This document shows, in pieces, positions 26,901 to 40,300 of a DNA stretch of 64,000 nt. Under the pieces are notes generated by a model that saw nothing but the letters and a program-made list of their open reading frames with translations, did no database searches and was not told where the DNA came from. How positions within the stretch are numbered: position 1 is the first letter of the stretch; every line of letters begins with the position of its first letter. The stretch comes from Bilabrum cf. latius (lineage: Eukaryota): contig OZ237737.1 in NCBI GenBank assembly GCA_965178125.1, positions 992,001-1,056,000 on the forward strand. Reading direction: 5' to 3'. The position numbers and the translations under genes are program-made.

Positions 26901-27453
26901 TGGGTTCTTCAACCCGCAGGGATTCATGACTGCCACCAAGCAGCAGGTGGCGCGCGCACACCACTGGGCCCTCGATGTGGTGGAGTACAACTGCAGCGTG
27001 ACTGCCGTGGAGAAGCTGGAGCAGGCCGTGGGTGGCAACAAGGACGGCGTGCTCGTCTACGGGCTCTCCCTGGACGGTGCCGCGTGGGAGAGGGCCAAGG
27101 GGATGAAGGGCCTCGGTCCCGCCGCGGAGGGCGGTAGTGGCGGGAGGGGCAACTCGGGGGGACAGCAGGACAAGGTCCAAGAGATGGGCTTCCTGACCGA
27201 GCTGCCTCCCCGCATCCAGTACGTCTCACTGCCCATCCTGTGGGTATCTGCCCTTGATAAGACAGAGTACAAGAGGCAGAATAAGAGTAGGCACCTGTAC
27301 AAGTGTCCGCTGTACAAGTACCCGCTGCGGATGGACCTGTATTTGATCGCGATGATCGACCTGCCATACCGGCTTGGAGGCCTGTCTGCGTAGGAGGGTG
27401 AGGATTACTGGATCAAGAGGGGCGTGGCCTTGCTGTGTGCCACGGAGGTGTGA
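11919..27453 (+). CDS. DNAH5: Axonemal outer-arm dynein heavy chain, gamma/DNAH5-DNAH8 type, ~5,063 aa; exons 11919-12155, 12376-12498, 12622-27453
   Basis: The four P-loops are GPAGTGKT, GPTGGGKT, GGPGTAKT and GVGGSGKQ. Other motifs include WGCFDEFNRI, KFPRFYFVSD, a stalk coiled coil and the C-terminal YWIKRGVALLC. There are nine in-frame TAGs (15622, 16159, 18175, 18370, 19660, 24526, 25213, 25267, 27391) and a TGA stop at 27451-53. Subtype is inferred from the GTAKT P3 loop and the VH(Q) motif. Confidence 0.93.
12156..12375 (+). other. Spliceosomal intron 1 of the dynein gene
   Basis: GTGAG donor and GCGCAG acceptor, phase 0. Splicing joins ...QSSTEE to SKASSDDARLLITDG...KGVYFIR. Confidence 0.7.
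12499..12621 (+). other. Spliceosomal intron 2 of the dynein gene
   Basis: GTGAGT donor and pyrimidine-rich CACAG acceptor, phase 0. Splicing joins INTDK to ESDGDLLSGEL. Confidence 0.75.
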
Positions 27454-27713
27454 TATACTGATGAATTGATGCGAAAAGTTAGCGTACGCCAAATACAAGC
27501 CGTAGAATTTATTGGAGGCCTATTCCTGTTTCACCCCACGCATGATCCGGATCAATTGCCTTTGTTTGCACTCAACAGCATCTGCTATCATGTTGAACGC
27601 AACGCGGAAGTCTCCAGGACTACCATGGCTGGCTGGCGGCAAATCGCATCTTGGGAGCCCAGAGAAATTTCCTGCCAACGTGCACCTCGTTTCAGCTCTG
27701 CTTTCCACTCATT

Positions 27714-30518
27714 TCACTTCCGCGCGTTGCTCTTGGCGCTCCTTGCCGACTTCGTCCCGCCGGCGTCATCCAAACCACCAGAGGACAGCGCTCGCGCTAC
27801 CTGCACAGCCTCAGGGTGGAGCACGCGAACAACTACGTGCACGATGCCCTGCGCTGCTACTTCCTCAGTGAGGCCGAGAGACTCAAGGGACCTGCCCTTG
27901 CCCCCGGCAAACATCGAACGGATCGCCGCGCTCGGCCCCACGCCTCCCTTAGGCCCAAGCGCCTTCCCAGCGGCTGCTCCTGCCTGTCGCACTGCTGCCG
28001 TGCCAGCTGCCGTGTCCCAGCGGAAAATTGACCCGGACTTGCGTCCATTCATCCACACCTCGCATATCAATGACTACCCCGCTTTGCCTGCGGCCGCTGC
28101 ATCTATCGTGTCCCCGCCTTTAATCCTTCGCGACGAGGCCTTTGCCGACCGGGCGCTGGCTTTGGCTGAGCGGGCAGACTTGTCTCCCTTGCCTGCAGCC
28201 GCGAGGATATCGCCAGCGCTCGGCTGCAGCCGAGGCTGCACGAGAGATTTCAGCGATGGTCGCCTCTCCACTGCCTCCTTTAGCATTTGCTCGATGCTTG
28301 TCACGTCTGGGCGAGCCAGCATAACAACCCTGCCCTCCAGTTCCTGCGCCATCTCCGGCAGCATGGACTGCACGTCCAAAGGAACGTCTTCGTGGCTGTC
28401 TTTTGCAGCAGCGTCGGCATCCAAGCCGATCGCCGCGGCCGCATCTGCGTCCAAGTCTGCCCTTGATGAGTCGAGGCGGTCGGACACCACAGCGTAGGCA
28501 CCAGTGGTCGCGTGCCCAAGCCGCGCAGAATCGGAGGCAGGTGCTCGAGTGGCAGGGACCAGCTCCTCGGCGAGGACTGTCAAGGCCTTGCCTGCCAATG
28601 CCACCCTGCGGCCTTCCTTCGCGGCCTTCTCCTTGTCGGCCTGGCTCTCGTCGGCGTCGCCGCCCCCCTTGCCCCTCGACGATGCCTTTCCACCCCGTGC
28701 GCTCGATTTCCTGGACGAGCTCTTGCCTGTAGCGGCGGTGTCTCCGCCTCCCAGAGAAGAGGCCTGCCGTGCCTCCCTGCATTGCCTGACCAAGGCAGAC
28801 TCTGCGATTTGCTCCGAGACTGAGGGCACAGACACGGCTCCTGGTGCTGCGCTCCGCTCGGTAGAAGCAGGCTCAACAGGCTGTTCTGCCTGCTCCTGCT
28901 GCAGAATCGCGTTAATGGCAGCCTCGTCGTTCTTCAGAGTCGCCTCCCTAAGGGCTCTCGCCATGCGGGCTTCTGCCATGGCAGCTACCATGAACGCGCT
29001 CCCATCTCCGAGGAACACAGGAGGGACGGCTGCGTGCTGCGCAGCCTCATCTGCAACAGGTGCGCCACCCGTTGCGGATGCACCGGGCTTGGGCTGCTGC
29101 GGCAGACCCAAGGTGAGTGCAGCCGCATCAATCGTGGGAGTCGCAATGAAATGCAGAGCTACCCTCGCCTCGTCCCTGCCGCGGCCCAGGATGCAAACCT
29201 TGTGCGGCACCACGTGCAGGTGCGGGCGAAGCAGCAGCAGGACTTGGTGATCGGCAGACGCCAGCGCAGATGCAGAAGCATCCTTTGAGGGCCCTGCTCC
29301 AGACCCAGACCTAGACCCAGGCTTGGCTCCGATGGATCCCTTCATGGGAGGCCTGGAACCCGCAGAGGCTGCATCTTCCGTGCCAAGTGCCAGACGAGGC
29401 ACAGACCCTTGAGCGAGGCGAGGCGATGGGACCCCGGCTGCGGTCAGGTCACTCTGACGCTGCCGAGGTTCACCCGCACCGCGACGTCTTGCCCCCGCTC
29501 CCCCTCGCCCGCCCTTGGATTTGGGTTTGGCGAATGGGTCCGCCGGGACGGCAGATGGCGGTGGGGGTGGACTCTTTCCATCCACGAGCACGTTGTTGCC
29601 CTGCTCCACCAGCACGTCGAGGGGCAGGTACAGTCCGTCCACGCCTCCGTCCACCAGGCGGCGCAGCATCAGAGAGGCCCTGGAGCTGCCTAGGATCTTG
29701 CGGAGATCGGGATGGGGTGGCACGGCAGTTGCATCCAGTCCGTTACGGAGCTTTGCCGATGGTTGCATGCCGCTCGTTGGTCCAGCAGCAGCGATCCCGG
29801 GGTCTGCCAGCATGGGAAACCCTTCGCTGAATGTGACTGTGGCCCCCATCCTAGCGGCTGGACCGTCGCGCGTGGAGCCAATCGATGCGGATGTGGTCTC
29901 GAAGGCCGGGTTACCGCCTGTCCATGCGGTCGGTCGGCTCTTTTTCTTGCTCCCGACTCTGCTTGCTTCCGCCTGTCGCTCGGACTCGGTGCTCTGCGCA
30001 ACCACGCGCGCGATTTGGTTGAAACCATCTGGATCATCGCGATAATACGCAACTACAGGTGCTCGGGCCGCAGCTACGATGTACTTGACAACCACAGCTG
30101 CCTCGCTGTCAGGCAGTTTGTTTCTGTCACCGTGCAGAGCCTTTGCAGCGTCAAAACTTCGGAGAAAAAGCGTCGGCCGCTCAACTGGAGACAGTACTTC
30201 CGTGGCTTCATTTGCAGGGACGCGCATAGCAGCATACAAGGGCACACCCTCTGTTAATCTTCTGCAATCGAGAGGCAGGGACACAGATCGCCCACCGCGA
30301 GACCCAGTGCTGGATACTGCATCTCGGCCAGCGGTACCGGTGCGTCGTGCTGCTCCGATCGCCGTTGAGATCATCCTAGAATCCGGGCGCAAAGCAGCCC
30401 CAGTTCTGTCTCCGATCGTAGACGGAAAGGGTGATAATAGCTGTCCTTGCATTCGCCGACCGCCTGCCCTACCGCGGGACAGCGAGGCAGTAGATGGCTG
30501 CCCAGTGACTGCTGCCAT
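27714..30518 (-). CDS. Hypothetical Ala/Gly/Ser-rich protein, ~934 aa
   Basis: The 814-aa ORF continues through TAG at 28074-76 into the same-frame ORF ending at TGA 27714-16. An in-frame TAA lies just upstream of ATG 30518. Confidence 0.7.
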
Positions 30519-31391
30519 GTCTTATAGCACACAATAAGTAACTGTCGATCTGACGACTCGAAACGAATTCGACTTGCTTCGAAAACTTGGATGAATCGAC
30601 TGAGGCATAGGTCCGTTTGGATGCTGAACAATTTATCGCTTCATCTTCGCAAGATGCCAGTTGTGTCGCACACCAACAAATTGGTCTGGTCGCATGTCAG
30701 GCGGTGTGAATGAAAGAAAATAAGCGGGTATCCGATTTTCCAGATCCAAATAGTGTTGGGACCCAAACTCAGATGGAGTTGGGTAGCTGCATTTGAGCTG
30801 GACAAGCCAGCGCACATCATCTCTTTCGGCCTGCACGCCTGGTGAAATCAGGTTATTCGCTATCGGTGGGGCTGCAGCGATTGCATGCCTGCATTGTTGG
30901 AGTACCCTGTGAGAATATGCTGAAGCACGACGTAGGGTTTGGGACTCCATTCAAAGCAGCAGCCGTGACGGCAGCCGGCTGCAGGTTGTGTCGCCGCGCG
31001 CTGCGGCTCGGCCGGTGCCAGTGGTTCCGCAATTTCGCGGCGATCCATCCGTCTGTGCGCGTGCACAACCAGCCAACTCCGAGCGTAGATCTGCCTAGGC
31101 ATTCGTTTCTGCGGGGCAATCTTAATATAGTGAGCTACATAAGAAGTCTGCGGCAACTTAGATGATGTGTACTGTGCACTCACGGGCTGGTGGTGCATCG
31201 ACGATGTATGCCCCCAGCCTCGGCGCCTCGTGCAGCTCGTGTTTGGGCAAATTAATGTACTTTGGAGCACGAGAAGATGCACTATTAATACACATATAGC
31301 GATTCAATCCTTTATGCATTACTTCGCGCAGGACGAAGCCTCACATCTGGAGATTCGAAAGCTGACGTCGACGACCCGAGCGCGTGCAAGC

Positions 31392-34300
31392 ATGGCTTTA
31401 TCGATGCTGTTACCCACGTGGGCGACCCTTATCACAAACGCATTGGTATTTGCCTTGCTCATACCACCATCTTTTGTTCACGGGTAGGACCCTGCAGCAT
31501 TTTTGGACGGCGATCGCTCCTTCGTGAGTGCCGATATTCCGGACCTCGGAGACGCTTTCACGGTAGAGATGTGGATCTTTGCCACTTCCGTAGACCAAGA
31601 CTTCTGCGTCGTGTCGTTTGGAGCTGATTTTTAGCCCCCCATTGTCGAAATCGCGCTAGGGAATCCAGGGGCGGGACACGGTGGAAAGCTCGAGGTACAG
31701 GTCGCAAACTCCGCGACAGAAGGGGGCATTGTTCGCACGGATGCGGACCGGCTGTCGGCCTCGAAATGGACGCATATCGCTGTTGTTGTCGACTCTGCAG
31801 CCAGCGGGCTTTTGCCGGGACAAACCCGCGCTGTCCTGTACTTCGACGGAGCGGTGAAGGCGCAAGGCATCCTGCCGAAACCGGCTGCCGCCTCTCGAGA
31901 CAAGCACTAGTTTGGCAGGTCACTGCTCGGCCGGCCGTCTCTTGCCGGAATTGTGGATGGCATCCGCGTCTGGTCGGTGGCACGGACCGCCGAGCAGATC
32001 AAGTCTTCCATTTTCTCGACCATCCAACACCCTTCCGTCGGCCTCTTGCTGTCCCTTCCCATGAACGTGACTGAAGGGGAAGACGTCAAGGGGCTCGGCA
32101 GAGCCCCAGCCACCTTGCAGGAGCTGGTGCTGAGGGCACGTACGGGCGCGATCCCCAGCGTGAAGCTCGTGGACCTCGCAAATGTGACGAGTGCACTGGC
32201 GCTCGAGCCTCCCCGCCTGCATTGCGAGTCGACCGCCTGTGTCGTGCCGGTTCCGCCGCCGAGGGAGCGGGTCCTATGCGGCGATGGTCGTCGGTTCCCA
32301 GGGCTGGAAGAGTGCGACACTGGCGGCAACTTGGACGGCTGCACCGCAGAATGCAAGGTGCGGGAGGGGTACCTGTGTAGCGGGGGGGAGGACCTGCAGT
32401 CGCCCGACACGTGCGTGCGCGGATCCATTGTGTTCCAGGACGGCTTTGAATCGGAGCAGGACGCTGTTTCCTGGAAATGGAACGAGGAGACCGCCACTGA
32501 TGACCGCACAGCCCTCGGTCGCGCGCACTGGAGCACGGCGCCGGAGTTCAAGGCAGGCGGGGAGGCAGGACTGCGCCTGCGGGTGGATGCAAGGGAGCTC
32601 CACGAGGGCTGCGAGCCTCTAATTAGCCCGGCCGGCGGTGTGTTCCTCGCTGGAAACCAGCCAACGTAGGACGCAGACAGCGCGGCCGATTTCGTGAGCG
32701 CGGGGTCGGCATCATCTGGTCCGGCGCAGCACACCTCGGTCGTATCGTGGCCTATCAGCGGCAGCGCGCAGCTGTCGCAGCTGCCTGTGGATCCTCCCAG
32801 GTCTGGTCGTGTGCTGCAGCTCGGATCCAGCAACACCTTGTCGTCGGAGGCAACGACATACTACGCAGTGGGTCCCAAGTCTGGGGCCTACGACAACGCC
32901 GACGCTATCCGGGCGCCTTCGGGTGCCATTTCGCTGCGATTCCGTGTCAGTGCCGTGGCCATGGTGCAGCCGAACAGCTTTGGGAACGGGTTCGAGTACG
33001 ACGGCGAAAGAGATCTGTTGGATCTGGTGTTATTCGACAGCAACGGTGACGCGGTGCCTAGCCGACGGCTGACTCCGAGCACTGCTGCGTTCCCGTCCAG
33101 GCCGGGCCGCTGGGAACGCATCGTGATGGATGTGGAGGTGGTTGGCGGGCCCATCTAGCGAGCCAAGGTGGCGGATTTCGAGGCGCGCTTCGGTCGTCGC
33201 ATGCGAAACAAGAAGGGGTTCGTGTGGATGACTGACCTAAGCGTCATTCGCCATTGCCCTGGGCTGCCCCCGGGAATTGCCTTGTGGCTGCGAGCGGACC
33301 GCCCCGGAGTTCCCCTGGTGGACGGGCAGCAGGTGTCCCAGTGGTCTGACTACTCAGGCCAAGGTGCCAATGCCCAGGCCCCGCAAAGCAGCAAGGCTCC
33401 GGTGCTGAAGCTCGGGACAAGCGACGCGGCGGGACTCCCCGTCATCCGCTTTGACGGCGTTGATGACCAGCTCGGTTTCGACGAGAGCAACGTGAAACTG
33501 GAGCGGCCGTTTACGCTGTTTCTGCTCGCGAGGTATGTCGAAGGTGGGGCTCGCCGGGAGATCCTTCAAGGAATCCAGGAACGCTAGATCAACTGCCACT
33601 ACTACGATCGGATTGGGCTCTACATGCGGTCGGCGTGGATGAGTTTGGAAACGCTCCCTGCCGCAGAGCGGTACAAGTTCCAGCTGTGCGTCACCCAGCT
33701 CAGAAGGGACTACAATGGCTTCCGTTGGCAAGGCACTGAGCGTGCTATGCTGCGATCGTATCTCAACGAGCCACTGGGCCTTTCCATGGGCGGTCCTGGG
33801 TACTCTAACTCACCGTCGAACGCCGACGTTGCCGAGATGATGGTGTACCGCCGCGATCTATCAGAGCAAGAGATTGTCAATGTGGAGCACTATCTCGCGA
33901 AGAAATGGGGCCTCGGCTCGGTACTTCCCTCTGGTCACTAGCAAGCCATTGTGCCCTACGGCTACGAGTCTGCGCTGCATGCGCAGCAGGAGGCAGTGGC
34001 CCTGCGGGAAGCTGAGAGCGCGGCTCTCTCTGGTTCAACGTCTGCATCGACCAGCAGTGGGGGCGATGGCACAGACAACACCGGCATCAGTGCCCTTGCG
34101 CCCACTGGAGGTAACGAGCTTGACACTGACGTTAATCCCCTAGTGGCCACCGTGGCTGCTCAGCACGGCACCGTGGACTATTTCCACACCCACCGACTAG
34201 AGACGCAGCTCGTGGATGAGCCGTTCAAGCACATCTCGTGGGGGCGCAGGACCGTCGTCGGCCTGGATGACGCTACAGTGCTAACGATGAAGGTGAACGT

Positions 34301-37300
34301 GCGGAGACAGCCAATGTTTGCCGGTTTTGCCCTTCAGGTCATCGTTGCGGACGCAGCTGGCCGCGATGAGCAAGGAACCACTGCTGCGCAGCTACCTGCG
34401 TACCACGAGTGCTTCCAAAAGCGCACCGGCTGCGGCTCGCTTCGAGTGATCCGACTGTGCGTCAACTCAGGGGCACACCTAGGAGGCTGTGACGATATGC
34501 AAGAGGTACCACTAAGGGAATGGCGAACCATCACCATCCCCATCGCACAGAAGATCCGTGCCATCTACGGCGCCAACACCAGGGCACCCACCGCCGTGGC
34601 AGTGTTGCTGGCAGCTGCCGCCCCCGAGGGCGTCTCCGAGGTATACATTGACGACGTTAGCGTAGTCAAGCTGAATGAATCGTCCATCTTGGCCCCCGGA
34701 GCTGACACCTCATCCGGGTCAGCTGCGTCTGTGGCCGCAGCGGCAAGCGCATCTCCAGGGCAGTGCCCGCGCTACGCCGCGTACAGCCTTGCGTCCACTT
34801 CTCGCGCGCACGCCCTATCCCTGCAGGCCACCATGAGCGGGTCTGGCTCCTCGTTTGACCAGTTTTGGACCACTAGGGCGGCTTCTGGCAGCATTTCTGC
34901 GTCTGTTGCTAGTGCCGGTTCCTAGCCAACTACAGGATCCCCTGTGGCACAGGATCAGATCCTTCGCATCACTGGCACGGTGCCCAGCTCGGCAGCCCAG
35001 CTAGGTGACAATCTCTTGATTTCAGCCTCGGGTGGTCTGGCAAACTCGGAAGTGGTCCGGTAGACGATCGGAGAGGCTGACCCGCGATCTGCCTCAGCTT
35101 TCTCAGCAGACTCGTACTCGCGCGACAGGATTGAAACCGTGCAAGTCGCGACTCTTTCTGGCACCGACACTGCTAGTGACGCGCTGCCTTCAATAGAGTT
35201 GTGCGGCGGGGACGTGTCAATTCAATACAACCCCACAGACGAAAAATGGAAGTATGCCTTGCCATCTGGGGGGCTGGCGGACCCGCCGTCAACGTTCATT
35301 CATATCAAGACGGATGAAGACGGCGACGGCCAGGCAACCGACGAAGAGTGGAGCCCCGGAGAGAAGGCAAGAAACCTGGGAACCATCATCCCCTTCGACG
35401 AGCAATGCACGTACACGTTTGACTTCAGGGTCGATGGCATCCAGAGGTACTGGACGCAGCTTTTCCAGAGGGGCAGCAACGCGAACGGGTACTCTTACAT
35501 ACAGGATGATGGGGCAGACACTCGGGTGAGCGGTGGGGCCGACAGGCAGCCTGCAGTGTTCTTGCGTTACAATTAGCCTCGCCTCCACATTCGACAGGCA
35601 ACGCGGACCAACTGGAACCATGGGTGCGACCCCTTGGTCGTAATGACGCTGCGCAAATGGACGCACTACGCGATCGTGCTCACGATGACTGGGATGCGCG
35701 TGTACGTTGATGGCAACCTGGAGTGTTCCACTGGTTTTGGGGTCAACAATCCCAGGTGGAATGACGGAGTTGCCAGAGACTTCTGGACTCAAACGGGCCA
35801 CTACACCAGAGAGAGGCTCAACCGACTTAGAGATTTCAGGTATTACCGGTCCGGGCTAAACTCGTTGCAGGCTCGCAACTTGTTCTTGCAGCGGCGCAGC
35901 ATCGATTCCGCCTCTGTCGTGCTCGGATCCTCGGCCAACTTCGCCAAGATCACGTGCGCTCGCCAGGGTGGCCTATTTTCCGTGTACGAAGACGGCGTGC
36001 TGAGGTTCCTTTAGGACGCTAGCGATTTGGGCGTTGGCGTGATCACATCTGCGGCATAGGCAACTCCAGTCGGCGTGAAGGTGACTCAATCTCCGGGCAA
36101 ATCCGTCAACGTGCAGCTCCGTGGGATCGGAGTGTAGGAGCTGAAGGAAACCGCAGGATCTCCGTCGTTCTGTGCCGCGACCGGCAATTTTTACCTCTAT
36201 GTTGCGTCACAGCAGTCTACTGGATCGTCCATCGTGTTCACGCGAGGTGGTAATGCCGGCGACACGGCAGTCGCTGCCGATCCTGACTTGCTCCCTGGTA
36301 TCCTGTACTCGGATGCGTAGGATGAAGCCGAGCAACTGGTGTTTCAGGGTAGCCGAGGCCACATGGCGACCATTTCGACGGCTGCTGAGCGAGAGTGCGT
36401 GGCACAGCTCCTCGCAGCTGGTGGCTGTGCGAGGGCTTGGGTGTCTGGCAGGTATCAGAACAACTAGTGGCGATTCGATGCAGGTCCTGAGCAGTCGAGC
36501 AGAGTGCCAAACTCTGCGATATCGTGGGCTACGGGCGCGAAGCCTGCCGCAGAGCCCACCGGGCAGCAAGGTGAGGTCCACATGCTGATGCATCCCACCA
36601 AGTGCAGTGCAGATGGAGGGTCTAGGCTGGGACAGTTGGGCGACTGTACTGCCTCCTGTATCGGGGTCAGGGGATACGTGGTCGAGTTCCCGGCGCCGGA
36701 CAGGCTAGTACGCAACCATGCAGCGTTCTAGGCAGGTGCCCGCATCGTGGCCAACAGTCCAGTCATCGCAAGCACCGACATTGGGGGAGGTGGTCTCATT
36801 TCTGGTCTGTCGTACAGCGATGCAGTTGATCGAATGCGCTAGAACGTTCTGGTGCCCAGTGACTAGCAGTAGCCATGGTTGCGAAACGGTGAGGCTCAGT
36901 TTCTCTTCGCCAATCGTGGCAGTGGTACAGGCGAGAGCAACGGAGCTTAGTGGGTAGTGATTGACCTGGGTCGTGAGCAAGATGTGACTCGTGTGCGTGC
37001 ATTGCTTTCTTCTGCTGATCGACCCTTGGACGACTACGTGTAGGTGCAGGTGTCCACCACTAGCAGCTCCTCTGGGTGGTCACTCTTCGGATTAGTCGGC
37101 GAGAAGGATGGCGAGAAGTTTCTCGACCCCGCCCCGACAGAGGTGATCATAGTGCCTTCGCCTCTTGGGAATGCAGGGCCGTCGTCTAGCGGCAGCGGCG
37201 TTCACATCTCGGAGTATCACAGCGTGCGAGCCCGGTGGGTTCGCGTTGAGTTTGGCGTGCAAACGGGCAGCTCCTCCAGTGGGGGGCGGCTGGAAGGCAT

Positions 37301-40300
37301 CCGTGTCGAGGAGGTGCAGCGGAGCATCGCCAGGCTAGAGCAGCAGGTCTCCGGGTAGCCTGCCCAGGAGCTTGGCACGGATCAGTCTTCAAACGCTTTC
37401 CAGAGTGATGCTGCCGAAGATACTGGTGCTCTGGTGGTGTCGATCGTGAATGGCACCACTGGGCAATAGCGGTATGCTGCTGAGTACAACATGACTGACG
37501 TCAACTCACAAATGCGCTTTATTGATGACATCGATAAGGTAGCTATGGACGGCGATATCGTCTTGGCGGCCTCGCGCGACCTAGCAGGCGGAGGCGATCT
37601 TCTATTTGAGGACCAGTTCGACTCAGTTCTTAGCAATACCGATGTGCTGCGCACCACGTATCGTGACGCTGGGCTCGGTGTTTTCCCTCAAGTGGAAGGC
37701 AAGACACACGACGAAGCAAAAGAGTACTGCGCAGCTCAGGGTCGCAGCTTATGCCCTCGGAACCACGTCTGCAGGCCGGAGTACCCGGACTGGCCAGGAG
37801 GCGTGCCCCTGTACGGCTGGAGTCTTGACGGCAAGTCCCACGTCGCCGTGCTGGAGGGCTGGCTGACCATGGGAACTGCTCATTCCAGGGCGAACGAGGT
37901 TTGCAACCTCTACAAAGAAAATGAAGGGCGCGAAGCAACTGAAGCAGAGCAGCGTGCCTGGCAGAACAGTCGTGTCATGTGTTGCGACACAACCCCGCAG
38001 GGACCTCGCTGGAAGGCAATCGAGTACGGCGTGCGAAACAGCACCGGCCGGAACAACAACGAGAACGGCGATGCCCGCTATCCTAGCTACTGGCGAGTGC
38101 AAAATAGTCAGTTGAGACACCACGGGTACTCTTGGGGGCACCCCAGCTACTCTGGATGGGACGTGTACTCGAGGAGCTGGTCTGAGGAACGGTGCCGTGA
38201 CAAGCTCGGCGTTTCTGCCCTGATCCTTGACGAGCCTTAGGCGTATTTGTGGAGCGACATCCGTGTTGAGAGCATATTCCTGCAACACTTCCGCGGGATT
38301 GGGGCATTCCTGCGGTGGGTGGACACGAACAACTACTACTCTATCCAATTCGATCGCGAGATGGGATGCCTACGGTTCTACCGGGTAATCGATGGTGAGC
38401 CCACGAAGCTCGGTAGCACGATTCAGGTCAGCATGTCCAGGGGCCAGTGGCACATGATGGAGGCTTCGATCGTGGGTGGTCGGCTGGAACTGCGCTTCAA
38501 CGGGGAAGTAGTGGGCCAGGCCGTCGACACGGACTACCCGGATGCTGGCCACCCAAAGCTGGTCAGAGGCACGATCGGGCTTACTACATGGATGTCGTGG
38601 TACACGTACTGGCAGAGCGTCCGTGTCTATCGATCGGCTAGCGCGGATGCTTCGATAGCTTCCAACGTTACGTCTGCGCTGCGCAGCATCGGGGCTCATT
38701 CCCAGGCTGGCATTTTTGGCTCGTCGTGGAGCATTGTGGGCAGGAAGGGGGCCACACCAGGCACAGTGCCCGTCTCGGTTGACGGAGATGCCGGACTCGC
38801 GGAAGCATCGACCGTGTTCCCGTGCCAGGAGCAGCGAGCGGTTGTCGCAGAAGGCTCTCGGCAAGGCGCGGTGGTGCCAGTGCCCGTGGGTGTACAGGCT
38901 GGCAGCGATGCGCAGAGCTTTGCCGCTCGACTGGAATCTACCGGGACTACGGCATCGGCTGAGCCTTTCGGGGCCGATACTAGCTCAGGACAGCTGTTCG
39001 TTCGCGACACGTCTGCTCTAGATGCTGAGCGAAACGGCACGTTGCGAGTGAGTGTGACAGCTCAAGATGGCGGATGGGACTCCGGTTGGTTCAAGATGGG
39101 TTCACAAGCAGGCTAGTGGAGTCAAGTGGAGCTGCCACATGGTTTGGGTTCCTCTCCTTCTCAGCTCCTGGTGACTGCCACCATCAGACCGCTCTAGCGC
39201 AGCATGCGAGGGTATGAGATTCCGATGCACGGCACGACTTTCTCGAGCGACTGGTCGTGGATCAACACTTATGGTGGTGTCTAGCTGGCGATCAGCTCTG
39301 AGAGAGTCAGGTTGTTTGCCCCCACTCGATACCAGTAGGCCCCAAGTGGTGCCATCGTGCAGGTTGGTAGGGGATGGGGTGGCGTGTACGAGAACGGGGT
39401 TTGGCTTAGGGAGGCTCACGTCGCTCACGAGCATCTAGCAGACGTTAGGGTGAGGATCGCAAAGCTGCCGCCCGCGGACTTCGATTCTGGCTGGAGCTAG
39501 ATGTTCTCGAGAGCAGGGAGTGCATCGTTTCGGTAGTACAATATGCCGTCGGGCCGTCGCAAGGTTTCGAGGGTGCGAGTACTCGTCCGAGCGGACAGCG
39601 GACCGATGAAGGGCTACGTGATTGAGGCTGCTGGCTCGGCTCAGAGTGACGATGACATTTGGACGAATCACATCATTGGAGCCGTGTACGCATGGTCGGA
39701 TACCTAGGTGCGCGTGTGGGTCCCCTCGACGACGAGTCGGCCCGGGACCATCGCAGGATTGGGCGCTGGCTGGTCGAACAATCCAAACATGGTGCATCAG
39801 CTCGACCAGGCATCTGTTAAGGTCCTTGCATGGTATGGTCTTGTGGAGGAGGACGTCGATGGCAGCGAGTCGGCTGATGTGGGAGCCGCCGCTGCGCTCG
39901 CAGCGAAGCGCAATCACCCTGCCCATCCCGACTACGACAGCGGATTCTTCACAATGATCGCAAACTAGGATTCGTACCGTGAGGTGCAGCACAACCTTGG
40001 TGAAGCGCCAGGCAGGGTGCAAGTGGTGGCCACGCCGACAACCGGGTCCAACCGGGGGTTCTTCTTCGAAGGGCAGGGCATGCCCCAGTCCTCACAACGG
40101 CAAACCAGCCATGACGCGGGAGGCGTCCTATACGGGTACACGTCTGACCGAATCCGCCTATTTGCCCCGTCCCCGCTGGAGGAGGGCAGCGCATTTCCGG
40201 CCAGGAGCCGCGGCTTCTTGACTTTCGTCACAGACGGGTGGGGAGCCAACCAATTCGGGGAGGCGCAGCGCGGTGGGGATGTACGCGTGCGCATTTGGAA

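Noticed and set aside
15622-27393. Pyrrolysine insertion or programmed readthrough at TAG
   Set aside because: Pyrrolysine is prokaryotic and site-limited. Here TAGs are numerous, occur in tandem, share no obvious downstream context and match conserved Gln positions.
30519-31391. Short ORFs between the hypothetical gene and the cadherin gene
   Set aside because: No frame gives a convincing protein or splice model. I treated it as a divergent intergenic region, though a small gene cannot be excluded.
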